Positions 37,630 to 52,262 of a stretch of 64,000 nt of DNA are shown piece after piece. Source of the stretch: Tubiluchus corallicola. Lineage: Eukaryota; Animalia; Priapulida. Location of the stretch: positions 135,787 to 199,786 of the forward strand of contig JAQGDQ010000353.1 of NCBI GenBank assembly GCA_030141605.1, given 5' to 3'. The translations under genes were made by a program, and so were the position numbers. Every line of letters begins with the position of its first letter. The first letter of the stretch is position 1. A model generated the notes under the pieces. It was not told the origin of the DNA. It ran no database searches and saw only the letters and a list, made by a program, of their open reading frames with translations.

Positions 37630-40600
37630 CATTATTATTATTATTATTATTATTACCGTATTATCTCTTTTCATAATAATTAGTGTTTGTATTTGAATTC
37701 CCAGCTAATATTAGTTACTTGTTTAATTAGTTAAAATTTTAGTTTTTTATTATGTTGTCATCAATCTGAAACCGAAACAGATTATAATTAGTTACGTTAA
37801 TTGATTTTTAGAGGCGGTTTCTCTGATTACTCTGACATTTTTCGAGGGAATAAAAAGCAAAAATAATCTTAAATTTTATATCTTAAATTATCATGAAAAT
37901 TATGTAAATTTCTTTTAAAATTATATGAAACATTAATGAAATTTTTCTGTTTACGTATATTAATACACAAACGTATTTTTTGTTTTGACACAGGTTGTAT
38001 AAGAATAGTTGATATATGATTGATAATATTTTTTCCAGTCATTCTTCTGTTGGCATGAGATACTATCTCGAATCACCCAACTCTACGAATCAACGAAGAG
38101 AAGATGATCGAATGACATACATAAATAAAGGGCAGTTTTATGGTGTCACTTTAGAATACATTCCTGATCCTGATCGACCACTGAAAAATGGCACAGTAAA
38201 GGTAAGAAAAAACAGTTTTGCACAAATTCTAATTAAAAATTTCACTGGTACTGATATTTGTTTTATGTTGATGTACCTGAATTTCTATCTAGTAGAAATA
38301 ACGAAATACAGTACACCATTATGCGTGTTGCCGAACTACTTTATTTACAATGCGTTCTAGCGCATTAATACATAACATCTCCTTTCTTTTGAACAAAAAA
38401 AAACAAAAGTAAACAATCCCACTTCTGACACCATGTTTTATGTTGATGTACCTGGATTTCTATCTAGTAGAAATAACGAAATACAGTACACCATTATGCG
38501 TGTTGCAGAACTACTTTATTTACAATGCGTTCTGACGCATTAATACATAACATCTCCTTTCTTTTGAACAAAAAAAAACAAAAGTAAACAATCCCACTTC
38601 TGACACCATGTTTTATGTTGATGTACCTGGATTTCTATCTAGTGGAAATAACGAAATACAGTACACCATTATGCGTGTTGCCGAACTACTTTATTTACAA
38701 TGCGTTCTGACGCATTAATACATAACATCTCCTTTCTTTTGAACAAAAAAACAAAACAAAAGTAAACAATCCCACTTCTGACACCATGTTTTATATTGAT
38801 GTACCTGAATTTCTATCTAGTAGAAATAATGAAATACAGTACACCATTATGCGTGTTGCCGAACTACTTTATTTACAATGCGTTCTGACGCATTAATACA
38901 TAACATCTCCTTTCTTTTGAACAAAAAAAAACAAAAGTAAACAATCCCACTTCTGACACCATGTTTTATATTGATGTACCTGGATTTCTATGTAGTAGAA
39001 AACGAAATACAGTACGCCATTATGCGTGTTGCCGAACTACTTTAATTACAACGCGTTCTGACGCATTAATACATAACAATATTCACAATTTAGAGTAAAC
39101 AAAATGCTATATACTTGCAACTGCTATGGGGTGTCAGGAGATGACCGCTTCCTCCCCCTTGTAGAAGAAACCAAAATTTAGATAAAAGCTGAGAAAACTA
39201 TTTTGAAGATAATTTAATTTTGAGAGAAAAACACGTGAAAATTGGTAACATCCATTAATGGCTGCACTGAGTGCCAGAAACAAACTGATACTCATAATTT
39301 AGAGAAACAAAGAAATTAGTACTTAAAAATCGAGACTGGTAGATTTGTGAAGGTTAATATCTTTTTCGTTTCAGACACTTTTGATGGCTGTCTTCAGAGA
39401 TGAAAAGACAGAAGATGATGAATTGAAAGCTTGGGCTTTTTGGCACAGTAGACAACATAGTGCCAAGCAGAGAATACTTGATGCAGGTAAAATGGCAACT
39501 CATTTCTTTGCACACGGGGTAGATATTGTCTAACATTTCTATGACAAGTTCTAAATTTAATCGATTTTCGCTTGATTTTTGTAAGTGAATCATGATTATT
39601 GAAAGGAATATCTTAGTTTTATCTATATTTTATGCATGAGAAATAAACAGGGCCGTATTATGGCCTTTTCGCGGCTCCTAGGCTAATGGAATTATGGGGC
39701 CCCCTAACACGGAGCCACCCTCAAACTCGCCCCACCCGTCCTCAATATATTTTACTCGTGATATATTTTAACAGCATGTACATAGTTTCAAATAAACTTA
39801 TTGCAAATTCTTTAAATAAACTAGAGTAGCTACCTTTTGCTTGTCTGTAAAGCATTATTTAAGAAATATCACTATTTTACAATGTATTTCAAAAGAAATT
39901 AGCGCATGTTTCAGTACAACCATAGTTAAAAACACATTTTAGCAAAGTTTATCAAAGCTTAATGGCCCTAGGCTGGAGCCTATACTACCCTATTGGATAA
40001 TCTTTCCTTTGACATAAGTACAGTATTTAGATAAGAAATTAAAGTTAGTATGTTTGTATGAAATTATGGTTGCCAAAAATCTGTTTTTCAAAGAGTTCCT
40101 CGGCATTTCTGACCTTTGTATCTGAAAGTTTCTGTTTCCTAGATACAAAAAATAGTGTTGGACTAGTCGGCTGTATTGAAGAAGTTGCACACAATGCTAT
40201 AGCTTTCTACTGGAATCCCATGGAAGGCCCAGCCAAAGTCAATGTGGCAGTGCAATGTCTGAGTACAGATTTCAGCAACCAGAAAGGAGTAAAAGTAAGT
40301 TCCCATCTCCAATTTTTCACGTGCTTAATTTTTCAAACAGTTACAGTCATAAGGTTTAGTGCCAGATTTGGACTTCAAGAGGGCGCAAGTGCTGAAAGGA
40401 TTAATTAGGACTAGGCAATTTATTCTGACAATTTTTGACATAAAATGTTACGAATAACAATGTGACAGTGTGTCAAGGAGACTGTAAGAAGAAAAAAACC
40501 TGTAAAGTCACAGCCATCAGAAGAACAGAATATGTAAAGCAAAACCGGAGATAAATATTTATTTATTGAACCACTAGGCAAATTACAGGAAGCTGGGAAA

Positions 40601-43600
40601 AACTAAACTTAAAGCAAAAGCGGAGCCAATCTTAAACTGCAGGGCACAACAATCTACTCTTTAAAATATTGAAAGAAAACATACTATTTTTTTCAAAAAT
40701 GACCTACGTGAAGGAATTATTATCACACAAATGTAATTTCGCGTCCGCGCCACTAGTTCTATGCTGTTACATGCATTTCGCCATTCGTTAGTTAGACGGG
40801 CACTAGCGCCTGCATTTCGGAAACGCATTGCACAAAAAACAGGCGCTGTGCCTCTCAGCCCAGGCGTTAGTTTGTGATGAACTGCACACGTTCGATAACT
40901 CATGCATGAGTACAGCGGTAAATTTAAAATTTGAATTTTTATCATAAAACTTGCCAGTTTTAGCACAACACGCTGAATATCTTACTTCAATTTTTACTTT
41001 TGCAAACGCGTGCAACACGCTCGTGGAATATTTTTGCCTTTGATAATTATATTAATTTGTGATGTCATCAATAGTTGTGCTCATTAATAGTCATATGGTA
41101 AACAAATCCATAAACGATCACACATATTACGATATAATAATTTTCAACAGCTGTGACCCCCCTTATTCAATAAATTTACTTCCAACTTCGACTGCGACCC
41201 CCCATAACCCTACATTTTACTTTCTGCTAATTATTTGATTTGAAAAAGCTGTGTGGGGCCCTTCTTCCCGTGAGGCCTAAGCACGTGCTTATCTTGTTTA
41301 ATGGTTAATCCTGGGTAGAGTTGTACTAGAAACTATGGTTACAGCAGTCGATGCAATGACAAATGAATGTTTATATAATTGCTCATCAATTTTAAAGCGC
41401 AAGTTTAAAATTTAAAGCTTTTACAGCGGCCATTTTAGCGTCACCTTTGCTATTTATTAATTTACTCTTTTGACAGCAACAGTTGAAACTTTATTCAATA
41501 TAATTTGATTATTTGATTTGTAAAAGCTGTGTGGGGCCCTTCTTCCCCTGAGGCCTAAGCACGTGCTTATCTTGCTGACCTCTCTTCCCCTGAGGCCTAA
41601 GCACGTGCTTATTTTGCTGACCTCTCTTCCCCTGAGGCCTAAGCACGTGCTTATTTTGCCTAATTGTTAATCCAGGTCTGAATTAATGACTACCAAGCTG
41701 AAGTTTATACAGAACATTACAATAATATTATCGCCAGGACAATGATCTATTATATTTCTAGTTATTATTTTCAAAATTCATTTCAATAATAATAATATCT
41801 GAACTGACTTTTTGCCGTCAGTTTCATGTGTGGTATGCAAATGTTAGTTAATTAGCAAGAAAAAAAATGAGTTACTAATGTTCAGCAAAGTGATGTCTGA
41901 TGCTTTATTTCTCAACCTGTGTGTCAAGTCACGCTATCACGTAGATACTTGTTATTTTTGTGAAATTTGTGTTTTTTTAGAACTAATGGATAATTGCCAG
42001 ATTTCCACTCTTACAAGGTCCATTCCAACAGTATTTTTACTATACTTGTTCAATAAATTAAAGTTTAAGTAGATTAAGGCTGCAATTAATTATCTATGGA
42101 TATATGTGATCTTATGGCAAAGATGTACTTCTTAGCAGGCCCTATTTCAAGGGGGGGGGGACGATTACCCGATTGCAAGATTGCTATTTGACAAGTATTA
42201 AGGACTGGTCTTGAGAATAAAGCAGTTTTTCTTTCAATTGTTCTTTCCTTTAACAACTGTATAACTCCATATTTTCTCTTCGAAAATGCTTCTCCGGCGT
42301 TCTAGCAGTTCAAAAATTTTCTGGGCGCCCCCCCCTTCCAAGGGAGCATCAGACGTCCTACTTGCCCGGGCCTCGCTTAGGCTGAAATAGGCCCTGCTTC
42401 CTAGGGCGTATAAAACACATGTAAGGCCAATCGTTGAATATTGTACACCAGTTTGGCATACAGTTATGTGATATTTTATCTATAGAGAGCGTTCATAGAT
42501 ACACGTAAACGCTTTTTTAGATGTAGCATGGCTCGTATCTCATACCCTGACAGAGTAAAAGTTTTAAATTTTAGGTATTTAGAAGAAAGACAAATTTAAA
42601 ATGACCTATGTACAAAGTGTATATTATATTCTTTGCTATGTATGTGTTGTAAAATCGTTCTAAAGATGTAGGTTTGTGTGCTGAAAAGTTTTTTGCTATT
42701 GCGTCATCTGTTCGTACGTGGAGTAACCATTCGTTGAATTTTTTAGAGCAAAGAACAAATGAAAAGTAGTTTGGGCAGTTTTTTCAAACCGGACTGTTTC
42801 CATATGGAATTCACGTTCAAATTCTGTGAATGGTTCTCTTCTTGTGACAACAGCATATTTAAATTAGTCCACAAAAGATTGTGTTTAGTTGATCTTGATA
42901 ATGTTTTGAAATATGAAATATGAAAGGCACATGTAAGCAGTTTTTCTCTTTGTGTCTCTCCAACACTAAAAAAATTAATTATTTTTATCAACGAGTTAAT
43001 TAGGTGTTCTATTTTCCGCAAATTTCGACAATTTTCGCTTAGAAAACTGCGACGCATTCCATTGTGCTGACGTCATCCATTGTACTCTGTCTATAAGTTT
43101 AATTCAGCAAAAAGCTGCTACTGGCTTTGCGTTAGGTAAGTAGGCAGGATTTTACGGGCTTTGTGTTATGAGGATTAGGTAGGATGTTCGCGTATTATTG
43201 ATTATACGTGGATTTGTACGCAAAATCTTTTGCGGGGCCTTTGCTAGTTTTTATGTAATTTTCATTGTGTTGTATGTATAGTGCTGTATTGTTACATGTT
43301 TGTATAGTGTCTGTGAATTGTTAATTGAGTGTTAATAAATTAAATAAGATTATTTAATTTAGGCTTATTACTGACCCGGATGTTGTATTTTAGGGACTTC
43401 CGTTGCATTTGCAAATCGATACTTTTGACGACATGCGGGAGCCAAAGCCTATGCATCGAGGTTATTGTCAGATAAAGATCTTCTGTGATAAGGTAACCTT
43501 TTCAATACTTTTCTACTGAAATGTTCACTTTAGAGTGTAGTTTTAGTAAATACAAACAACAAATTAATCATTACGATCCTTAATAATTATTATTAAGTTA

Positions 43601-46600
43601 TTAAGTTGTTATTATTATAATTATTAACTCCTTCAGGACCTGTGCTGCATTTTGCATGGGTTCATGGAAAACTGCTCTCACTAAACAGAGATTACGTTCT
43701 ATTTCGTAATTTTTGTGGGTAATCTACTCCTCACACAATGGATTTTTATGCAAAACTATATATATGAAATGCATTTGCTTACCTTACGCCAAGTTAAAAA
43801 TCGATTTTTGGCAAAATAAAAGTAAAATAAAAAATTCAGTAACTGTAGTATTGGCACTGTAACAATATACAGTATCACTTGTGTGAATTCGGTAAAATTT
43901 CAACTGTCCAAATGCAACCTTCTGACACACTTTGGCCACAAGTCACCTCTATTTTTAAAGAGAAATTCCTGTAAAAAGATAAAATGATCTCAATTTCTCC
44001 TTGGTTGATCAGTTGTTTTTCCTGGAATAGCAGTACAACTCTGCACAGCTCGGACTGTAGCAAACAGGCGTTCAATAAAATAGTGTGTACGATCACGCAA
44101 GTGTACACCAGACTAAGCTACTCAATAGGCTAAGATGAAGTGCCTAAAAAGGGCATGGTTTTCTTAATTTTCCAATTAAATTACTTAATATGTTTAAACG
44201 AATAACACGATTGGATAGCCGATATTCTCCTGATAGAACAGTACATAATTTGCAATCATTTAGTTATGTCTGTGCTCATACAGTAGCAGAAAAGTCATAG
44301 ATCTTATAAGAGCTATTTTAAATGGTGTGGTCCTGGAGGAGTCAAATCCTACTGAGTATTGAGCATATTGTTACTGGTCATGCATCGTGTTTTTAATTAT
44401 ACATGACTAATTTTAATTACACTGTTGATGTTATTTAATGCTACTATGATTATATTCTTGTGTTATTATTTGTATTTTGATTGTAACTGCATGTGCTATG
44501 GTTTGCCTCTCATTATGTGATTTACAAAGCAGAAGCGGAACTAAATGTGGCAAGCAGGGGGGGGGGCAAACATTTTCTGATAGGGCGAGGTATCCGAAGT
44601 GGTTAAATAATGGTTAAGCCAATTTTTAACCCTTTTTATACTGCATGCAGGCCTATAATTAGCATGTGTGTAAGACGGCGTAGCGGACAGAGCAATAATG
44701 AGAAAGCTAACTCTCAGTTAACCTAACGTTATTAATGTGCCTCTAACTAAATTGTTATTTACAGAAATTTATCACACACAAGTTTTAAGAAAATAATACG
44801 CAGGAAATAATGTCAAAATCAAAATGAAATGTGGAACGATACGTCATTCAAAAAGTCACACCAGCTTTGTTACGACAACAAGTTTATTGTGTCATAATTT
44901 TAACGTCGCAGCAAAGTACCTCCCATGCAGATTATTAATTTTATAAATCTAAGTAATGTTGTAGCAGAAATATATAAAGCATTTGATGGAACTTATAAAA
45001 TTAGACCAATATAGTGTTTAATTATTCCTAGTTTAAGTTGCCAACTTTTATGTTTTATTAGAAATTCCGAACATGGAAAACAGTGCATTATCTTTGACAC
45101 AGTTTAATTACTTTTAATTATGTCTAGCAGCATCTTTTCATGAGTTTACTTGTTAATCACTGATGTCATAATTAATGTTGTGTTGTTAGGGAGCAGAAAG
45201 AAAGACAAGAGATGAAGAAAGGCGAGCAGCTAAAAGGAAAATGGCCTCAACATGTAAGATTTTTTGCCTAAAAATCAATATTAGCTTGAACCATTGCAAA
45301 AAGTTTCATAGTTCAGTGAATTTATGACTGTGAATGCTACAATGTACCTAAATAATTGCAGTTTGTTTCACAACAGTTATTACCCCTTGTGAGTAATGAG
45401 TTGAAAAAAGAATGGAGATGCGGGAATTGAACCCAAGACCTGGAATTAGACTTTGCTTTCAACTGCTTCACAATTTTTCAACGTTTCCTTTTCTTTATTC
45501 AACTCATTGCCCGAAATGTGTGATAATTGTCGTAAAGTAAGCCACAATTGCATTCTGGCTTGCAGCGTCATAATTTAATTAATGAAATCATTGATTGTGG
45601 AAAATATCAAAAAGCTTATCGATAAAAATGCTGATACTAGAATTTAATATATATCAAATCTAACTAGTTGACTGTTGTTTCTGAGAGCATCAGAAACTGA
45701 AGAATTCGCCACCTTTGTCTTTTGACATTGCTAACAGAGGTCAAAGGTCAGAGTAGTTTACTATTGTTTCTGAGAGCATCAGAAACTGAAGAGTTTGCCA
45801 CCTTTGTCCTTTGACATTGCTAAGAGAGGTCAAAGGTCAGAGTAGTTGACTATTGTTTCTGAGAGCATCAGAAACTGAAGAGTTCACCACCTTTGTCTTT
45901 TGACATTGCTAACAGAGGTCAAAGGTCAGAGTAGTTGACTATTGTTTCTGAGAGCATCAGAAACTGAAGAGTTCGCCACCTTTGTCCTTTGACATTGCTA
46001 ACAGAGGTCAATGGTCAGAGTAGTTGACTATTGTTTCTGAGAGCATCAGAAACTGAAGAGTTCACCACCTTTGTCTTTTGACATTGCTAACAAGAGGTCA
46101 ATGGTCACTAGTACAATGGTCAGAGTACTGGCCCGCTGTAATACCTATCTCTTGAGTTTTACAACCCACAATTGTGCACTTTCGCAATTCTGTTGAGTTG
46201 TTTAAGAAGTACCGGTCAATAGACCTTGATTCTTTTTTCCCAAGGTCAGCAAAAGTTGCACCACTGTCCTAGCACTTTGTATAGGCATCCATCACATAAG
46301 TTACATAACTGTATTGTTGAGACTAGGGTAGAGAATGACAAATGACCACTGACCTTCACTCTTTGGTTCCAAGTCACAGTGCACTACGCCATTGTTTCGT
46401 CATGTACTGAATGCTAGTCAACTGTTCAGCTGGTCGTTCAATGCAGTTACATGATCTTTCTTTTACAATGTTCCATCTAATTGCTCTATAATTCACACAT
46501 TACACATATATTATTATTATTATCATCATTTATTTTCGAACACACATTTTCGTACACTTAAATTACATAAGTGGTTCAATTAAAAGAAATTAGTAGACTA

Positions 46601-46632
46601 GTTGTAAAAGCAAAAATAAATATTAAACACTG

Positions 46633-46684
<52 letters not shown>

Positions 46685-49501
46685 CGACAATGACGACAAC
46701 AAAAAAACACGGATATTATTTACATACAAGAAGACAAAGCATTTAATTTAAAAAAAACACCACATATTATAACATTTTTCTCAATTGTTACTTTGATAAA
46801 AAATTGAAATTCCTGTTTTCACTACAATTTGTACAATCTTATGCTGCGTTTATTGTCGCTATCTGCCTGGAATTTAACTCGCATTTTTTTTAGAATTTTA
46901 CGAGATAGTACATGAAAATTTCTAAATACATGTTATAGGGCAACATTATTTTCTATAACAATTTTATACAAGTTCAAATCCATTAATAGGTTTACATCAT
47001 ATAATGTATGTTTGGCTATAAAGTTGATTATCGAGTTACTACTATTTTTACATACTATACAAAATTTAAGAAACCGTTTAGCAAAGTGCTTACTTGGCTG
47101 AATGGTACCAGCCGTATGGGACAAAATAAAAGTGTGAACTTGGCTGAATGGTACTAGCAGTATGGGACAAAATAAAAGTGTGAACTTGGCTGAATGGTAC
47201 TAGCAGTATGGGACAAAATGAAAGTGTGAACTCTATACGACAGTTTCCATAAGTTACGGATAGCAATATTCCAAGCGGTATCGATAAAATGTATTTTCGA
47301 ATTACGTAACCTCCAACTCTAGCAACCGTAATCATATGTCCTAGACAATATTTGAAGTAGTTTACATTTTAAGTCAGAACAAGCAAATGTGAAGTTGGCA
47401 CATATACTATTGGCCTCACTTCGTTTACTAAAAATATCAGCATCATTCGTTAAATTACATGTAATCACGTGACCCAAATGAGTGACTTTATCTGTCCAGG
47501 TTAAAGGTGTATTGTCCAGCAATACAGTCGAATAGGGTTTGGAGAGTTAATGCATTTACTTTTTATTTTCGTACCTTAAACATTAACCTAATTAATATCA
47601 AATTCTTTGATATACTGTTCACATATTAGAAGAATTCTTTGCAACACTCTTACATTCGGTACCAATTATTTGTACATTTGCGAAATCTTTTAACGAAAAC
47701 ATTTATTAATATTTCATAGCACTTTATTTTATTTAAGCAGCACGAAAGAAAATTGAAGAGATGTATCATCCCGCGTGTGAAAGATCAGAATTCTATTCAA
47801 TGAGCGATCTCAGCAAGCGCCCGGTTCTCTTTTCACCATCCGACCACCATGGACCTGGGGTAATAATAAGAAAAGTATGGTCAACCCCCCCGGACTTTAC
47901 TTTTTGTTTTTTCTGTAACTGTTAAACTATTACACTTTTAATGTAATCTGTGAAATCATCATCCTCAACTTTTTGTTGGCTACTTCATGCAGCAATTGTT
48001 GTGATTCTTTACTGTTGTTTTTGGTAATTTAGATACTTTTTGAATTGCAATCATTGTTGTTTTCTATATATTTTCGTGTAAAGTGTACTATATAAACTGT
48101 ACTATACTAACACTATAGTACAGTGGATTAGCTCTCATATTACAAGCAATGGTGCATTTTCTGAGAAAATTGTGAATTTTTTTACTTAAGTAGACACCAT
48201 AACATTTCATTTTATATGGAGGGAAATCAAGTTTGACCTTTGATGGTTATTAGAGGTCATATTCAAAATGGCCACCAATGAAAATGACAAAACTCTTTAA
48301 AACGTCATAATTTTGCCAATATTTAACATAGAGCTACAAGATAAAGCATCTAAATATACTAAAATTTAATTTAGCATTTAATACAATACATCTGAAAACA
48401 AGATTTTCTAATCACTTTTGAATATTTGACTTTGCATTTGACAGAAATCCAAGATGGCGCTTATGCATGCAATTCTCAAATATCAAATATTCTCAAAAAA
48501 TGCACAGTTCTTATGCTTTAGACTTATCTGCTATACTACTATATATCAGGGATTAATAGACGCCAACTATTGCATACCAGCTCCCAATAATAGTGGCTTA
48601 TAACAGATAACAGTTAACCCAAAATCAAATTTGTCGGAGACTGTGAAAAATTGTGAACAATTGTTGTGTGAGTCTAAACCTCGACTCAGCTTACAATTTA
48701 TTGATTTGGTTCACAATTTCTGCTTTGCTTAACACATTAACTGTCAGGTTAATTGTTGAGAATTACTGACTTATTATGTATATTGATTATTGGATAGCAG
48801 GTGTCACCATTAATAGAGATTAATTAATTAACTTTGATGATTATGTAAAAAGATTTTATTGGTGTTATGTCTTCTTAATTTGCTGTGTGTTACATATTAG
48901 GTAGTTCCAGTTGAAGTAGCTTACTATCAAGAGGCTTCGTCGAGTTTGGCTGTAGCAGCTTCCGTAAGGTACGGTAGAGTTCTGCTCTTTTTTCAATGTA
49001 GCTCATGACATTTCATCATTTTTCTTTGAAGTATTTCCTTAATAACTATGCAACTTATATGGAAGCAATTCATGTAATACTATATATATATATATAATGG
49101 TTTATAAAAAGAACACCCTTAAGAACACAGGAAGCTAGATAGTAGTAATTTTAAGTAATTATGTAATTATATATATATAGGCACCATAACACTTCATTTT
49201 ATACATGGAGGGAAATCAAGTTTGACCTTTGATGGCTGTTAGAGGTCATATTCAAAATGGCCACCATCAAAAATGACAAATTTCTTTAAATCGTCATAAT
49301 TTTGCCAATATTTAACATAGAGCTACAAAATAAAGCATCTCAATATGCTAAAATTTAATTTGGCATCTAATACAATACATCTGCAAAGAATATTTTAAAT
49401 CATTTCTGAATATTTGACTTTGTATTTGACAGAAATCTAAGATGGCCAAGAAATTCTCAAATATTAGAAACGATTTATATATATATATATACATATATAT
49501 G

Positions 49502-49532
<31 letters not shown>

Positions 49533-49653
49533 GTATATGTATATATGTATATGTATATATATGTGTATATGTATATATATGTATGTATATATGTATATGT
49601 GTATGTGTATATGTATATGTATATATGTATATGTATATATGTATATATATATG

Positions 49654-49690
<37 letters not shown>

Positions 49691-52215
49691 TACTGAAATA
49701 ATTTTAATTTTAATTTTGTTCTGTAAGGATTTGCATCATCATAATGATAATGATAAATTTTTATTGAACTAAATGGTAATGAATATTACACACACACAGT
49801 GCCTCCATTTGCAGGCAGATGTTTACGCAAGTTTAACGTAATGCAGTGCAATCTTATTCGCTAATAATGCCTAGTGGAATTGTGACGTTTCAAAATGAAT
49901 TCGTTGTGATGATAAATTCAAGTAGTCGAATCAAAGTCAAACATTTTCAAAAAGTAGTTGTAAATGTTGTTGTCGTAGTCTTTATGTGTTGATGCATTAT
50001 GGGAACACTAAATATACTAGTAATTGAATGAAAAATTGATTTTAATAAAATATCCATTTGTATTTTTAGCCCAGTTCCTCCTGTGCAGGATAAGTTAGAA
50101 GAATATCATTCAGCTGTGAGGTGAGTTTAATTAATTAAGTTGATTTTGTTAAAGGAAAACAGGATGATTTTTCATATCCTACCCCTTTTTAGAGTGCGGT
50201 AAAAGTATATGTTTTAACACTTATAACAATGCCAAAGCATTTCTGATAATTATGGTTAAAAACTTAGTTAACAACAGGCGAGCCAAACAGGTCATGACAT
50301 CACAACTGAACATAATTTTCAATAGTACAAGCATTCTATGAGCTTATTGCACACGTTTGCTACTGTTTTACAGTACAATATTCAGTGTATATAACGACTC
50401 GCCAAATTTTAAGTTTAAAAGTTCAAGCATCAGCACTCGAGTGTGTGTACTACATCACTGAACTGAGGTACAGCAGATTTGGACAACACATTTTTAACAT
50501 GCAGGTGCTAGTGCCCATCTAACTAGTGAGCGGGGCAAATGCAATATTACATTTCTGTGGTAATAACTCTTTCACATAAGTCATTCTTGAAAATATAGGA
50601 TGTTCCTTCCCAATATTTTATAGATTAGAATATTTTAAGCTGTAGATTAGGATTGTGTCCTGTTTTCTTTAAATATTAAAGATATTTCTGTCAAGTCAAT
50701 ATATTTTAAATAATATATTTGTTATCCACCATTATCTGGGCATTTTGATTTCATTGTATATTGCTTTTGTAGCAGCCCGGATCAACGCACGGATAAACTC
50801 GAAGAGGTTTTGACAGAATCTGAACTTCTTTTACCTGCTGCAAAGAAACAAAAAACCGATGCTGGTGATAGAATCATGCTATATGTAAAAGAAGAAACGG
50901 AAAAAGCTTTTAATCCGTTTCATTTGGTTCCACCTATTGTTGCCAGCTTGCTGAATGCCGTTGAAATAAAGTACAAAGTTCCAAAAGAAAGTGTACGAAA
51001 TGTTTTTAAAGTATCTAAGAAAGGGTAAGAAATGTCGATTACTACGTTTAAAAATGTCTGTTTTGTTTAACGTAACTACTATATGTTTAAGATAGGTTTT
51101 GATTTTTGAGGTATAGACTTTTTTGTCAGTATGACTCAGTGGCGTAGCTAACGGGTGAGCAAGCGGAGCAACCACTTGTACGTGACATGCGTTCGACTTC
51201 ATTTTATGTGAAGAAAAAATAAAAATTCTTTCTGCTAAACCAACGTCAAAACATTAAGTAACTGGTATAATGATAATTAATAAAAATATGACATGACGAA
51301 ATGTGAAGAAATGAAACTTACATCTTTGCCGCATACTGGTGACTCACTTCTTTCATATCCTAGCTGTGAAATGAGGCCAATGGCCTATTTCCTGTCCTAG
51401 CTTACCTGTCTAAATTTGCAAAAAACCAACACCAGGAGGCACCACGTGCTTATATCCAAAACACCACTCCCCAGAGAAAATTTTTCAAAATTGGTGCCTT
51501 TTCAAGAATGGAATCATTATTTTATTTGATCAACCCGCCTTCCATGTTTTTGAAATGAGCGTGCATTTACACAACTCATTTGTCAAGGTTGACTTATCAA
51601 AGTGCCACAAATCTAATTATTATAATATATTTTTGTCACACGATTGTCTAGTAGTAGGCGTACTGTCAACTATATACTGCAAAGACAAGTTTCGGCGCCT
51701 TATTATACTCATTATTTCGTAGTTCTTATACAAAATAACAATTATGTACTCCATTTAAAACTGTATCTTCCGCGTGTTTCACTTTTAAACACAAAATTAA
51801 TATGTATAATCATTGCGTTAAAAATTGTTTGGTGTGTGTCATGGTACCTTTTTTAGTGCTTGCTCCGCCTAACATTGAAATCTGGCTACGCCCCTGATGA
51901 CTATATGTTTGGCAAAGTTATATATGGTAGCAGTTTCATTTTGTGTGACTGTTATTTAGCTGTATGACATGTTTTTTTAAAATGACCTGCCTAACTTTTA
52001 TAATTTTACTTTAGCTCTTTATTTTGATTTTGAAAAAAAAATTTAAAGAAAAAATCATTATGGGAAATATTGTATGATGTCGATAATTTGCTTTTGCTGC
52101 TAACATAGTAATAATGATGATGCTGGCGATGATGATGATGATGATGATGATGATGGTGATGGTGGTGATGGTAACAACAACAACAACAACAACAACAATG
52201 ATAACAACAACAACA

Positions 52216-52262
<47 letters not shown>

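Noticed and set aside
45405-45445. tRNA gene
   Set aside because: Only a 3'-half-like fragment; no D-arm or anticodon arm is recognisable.
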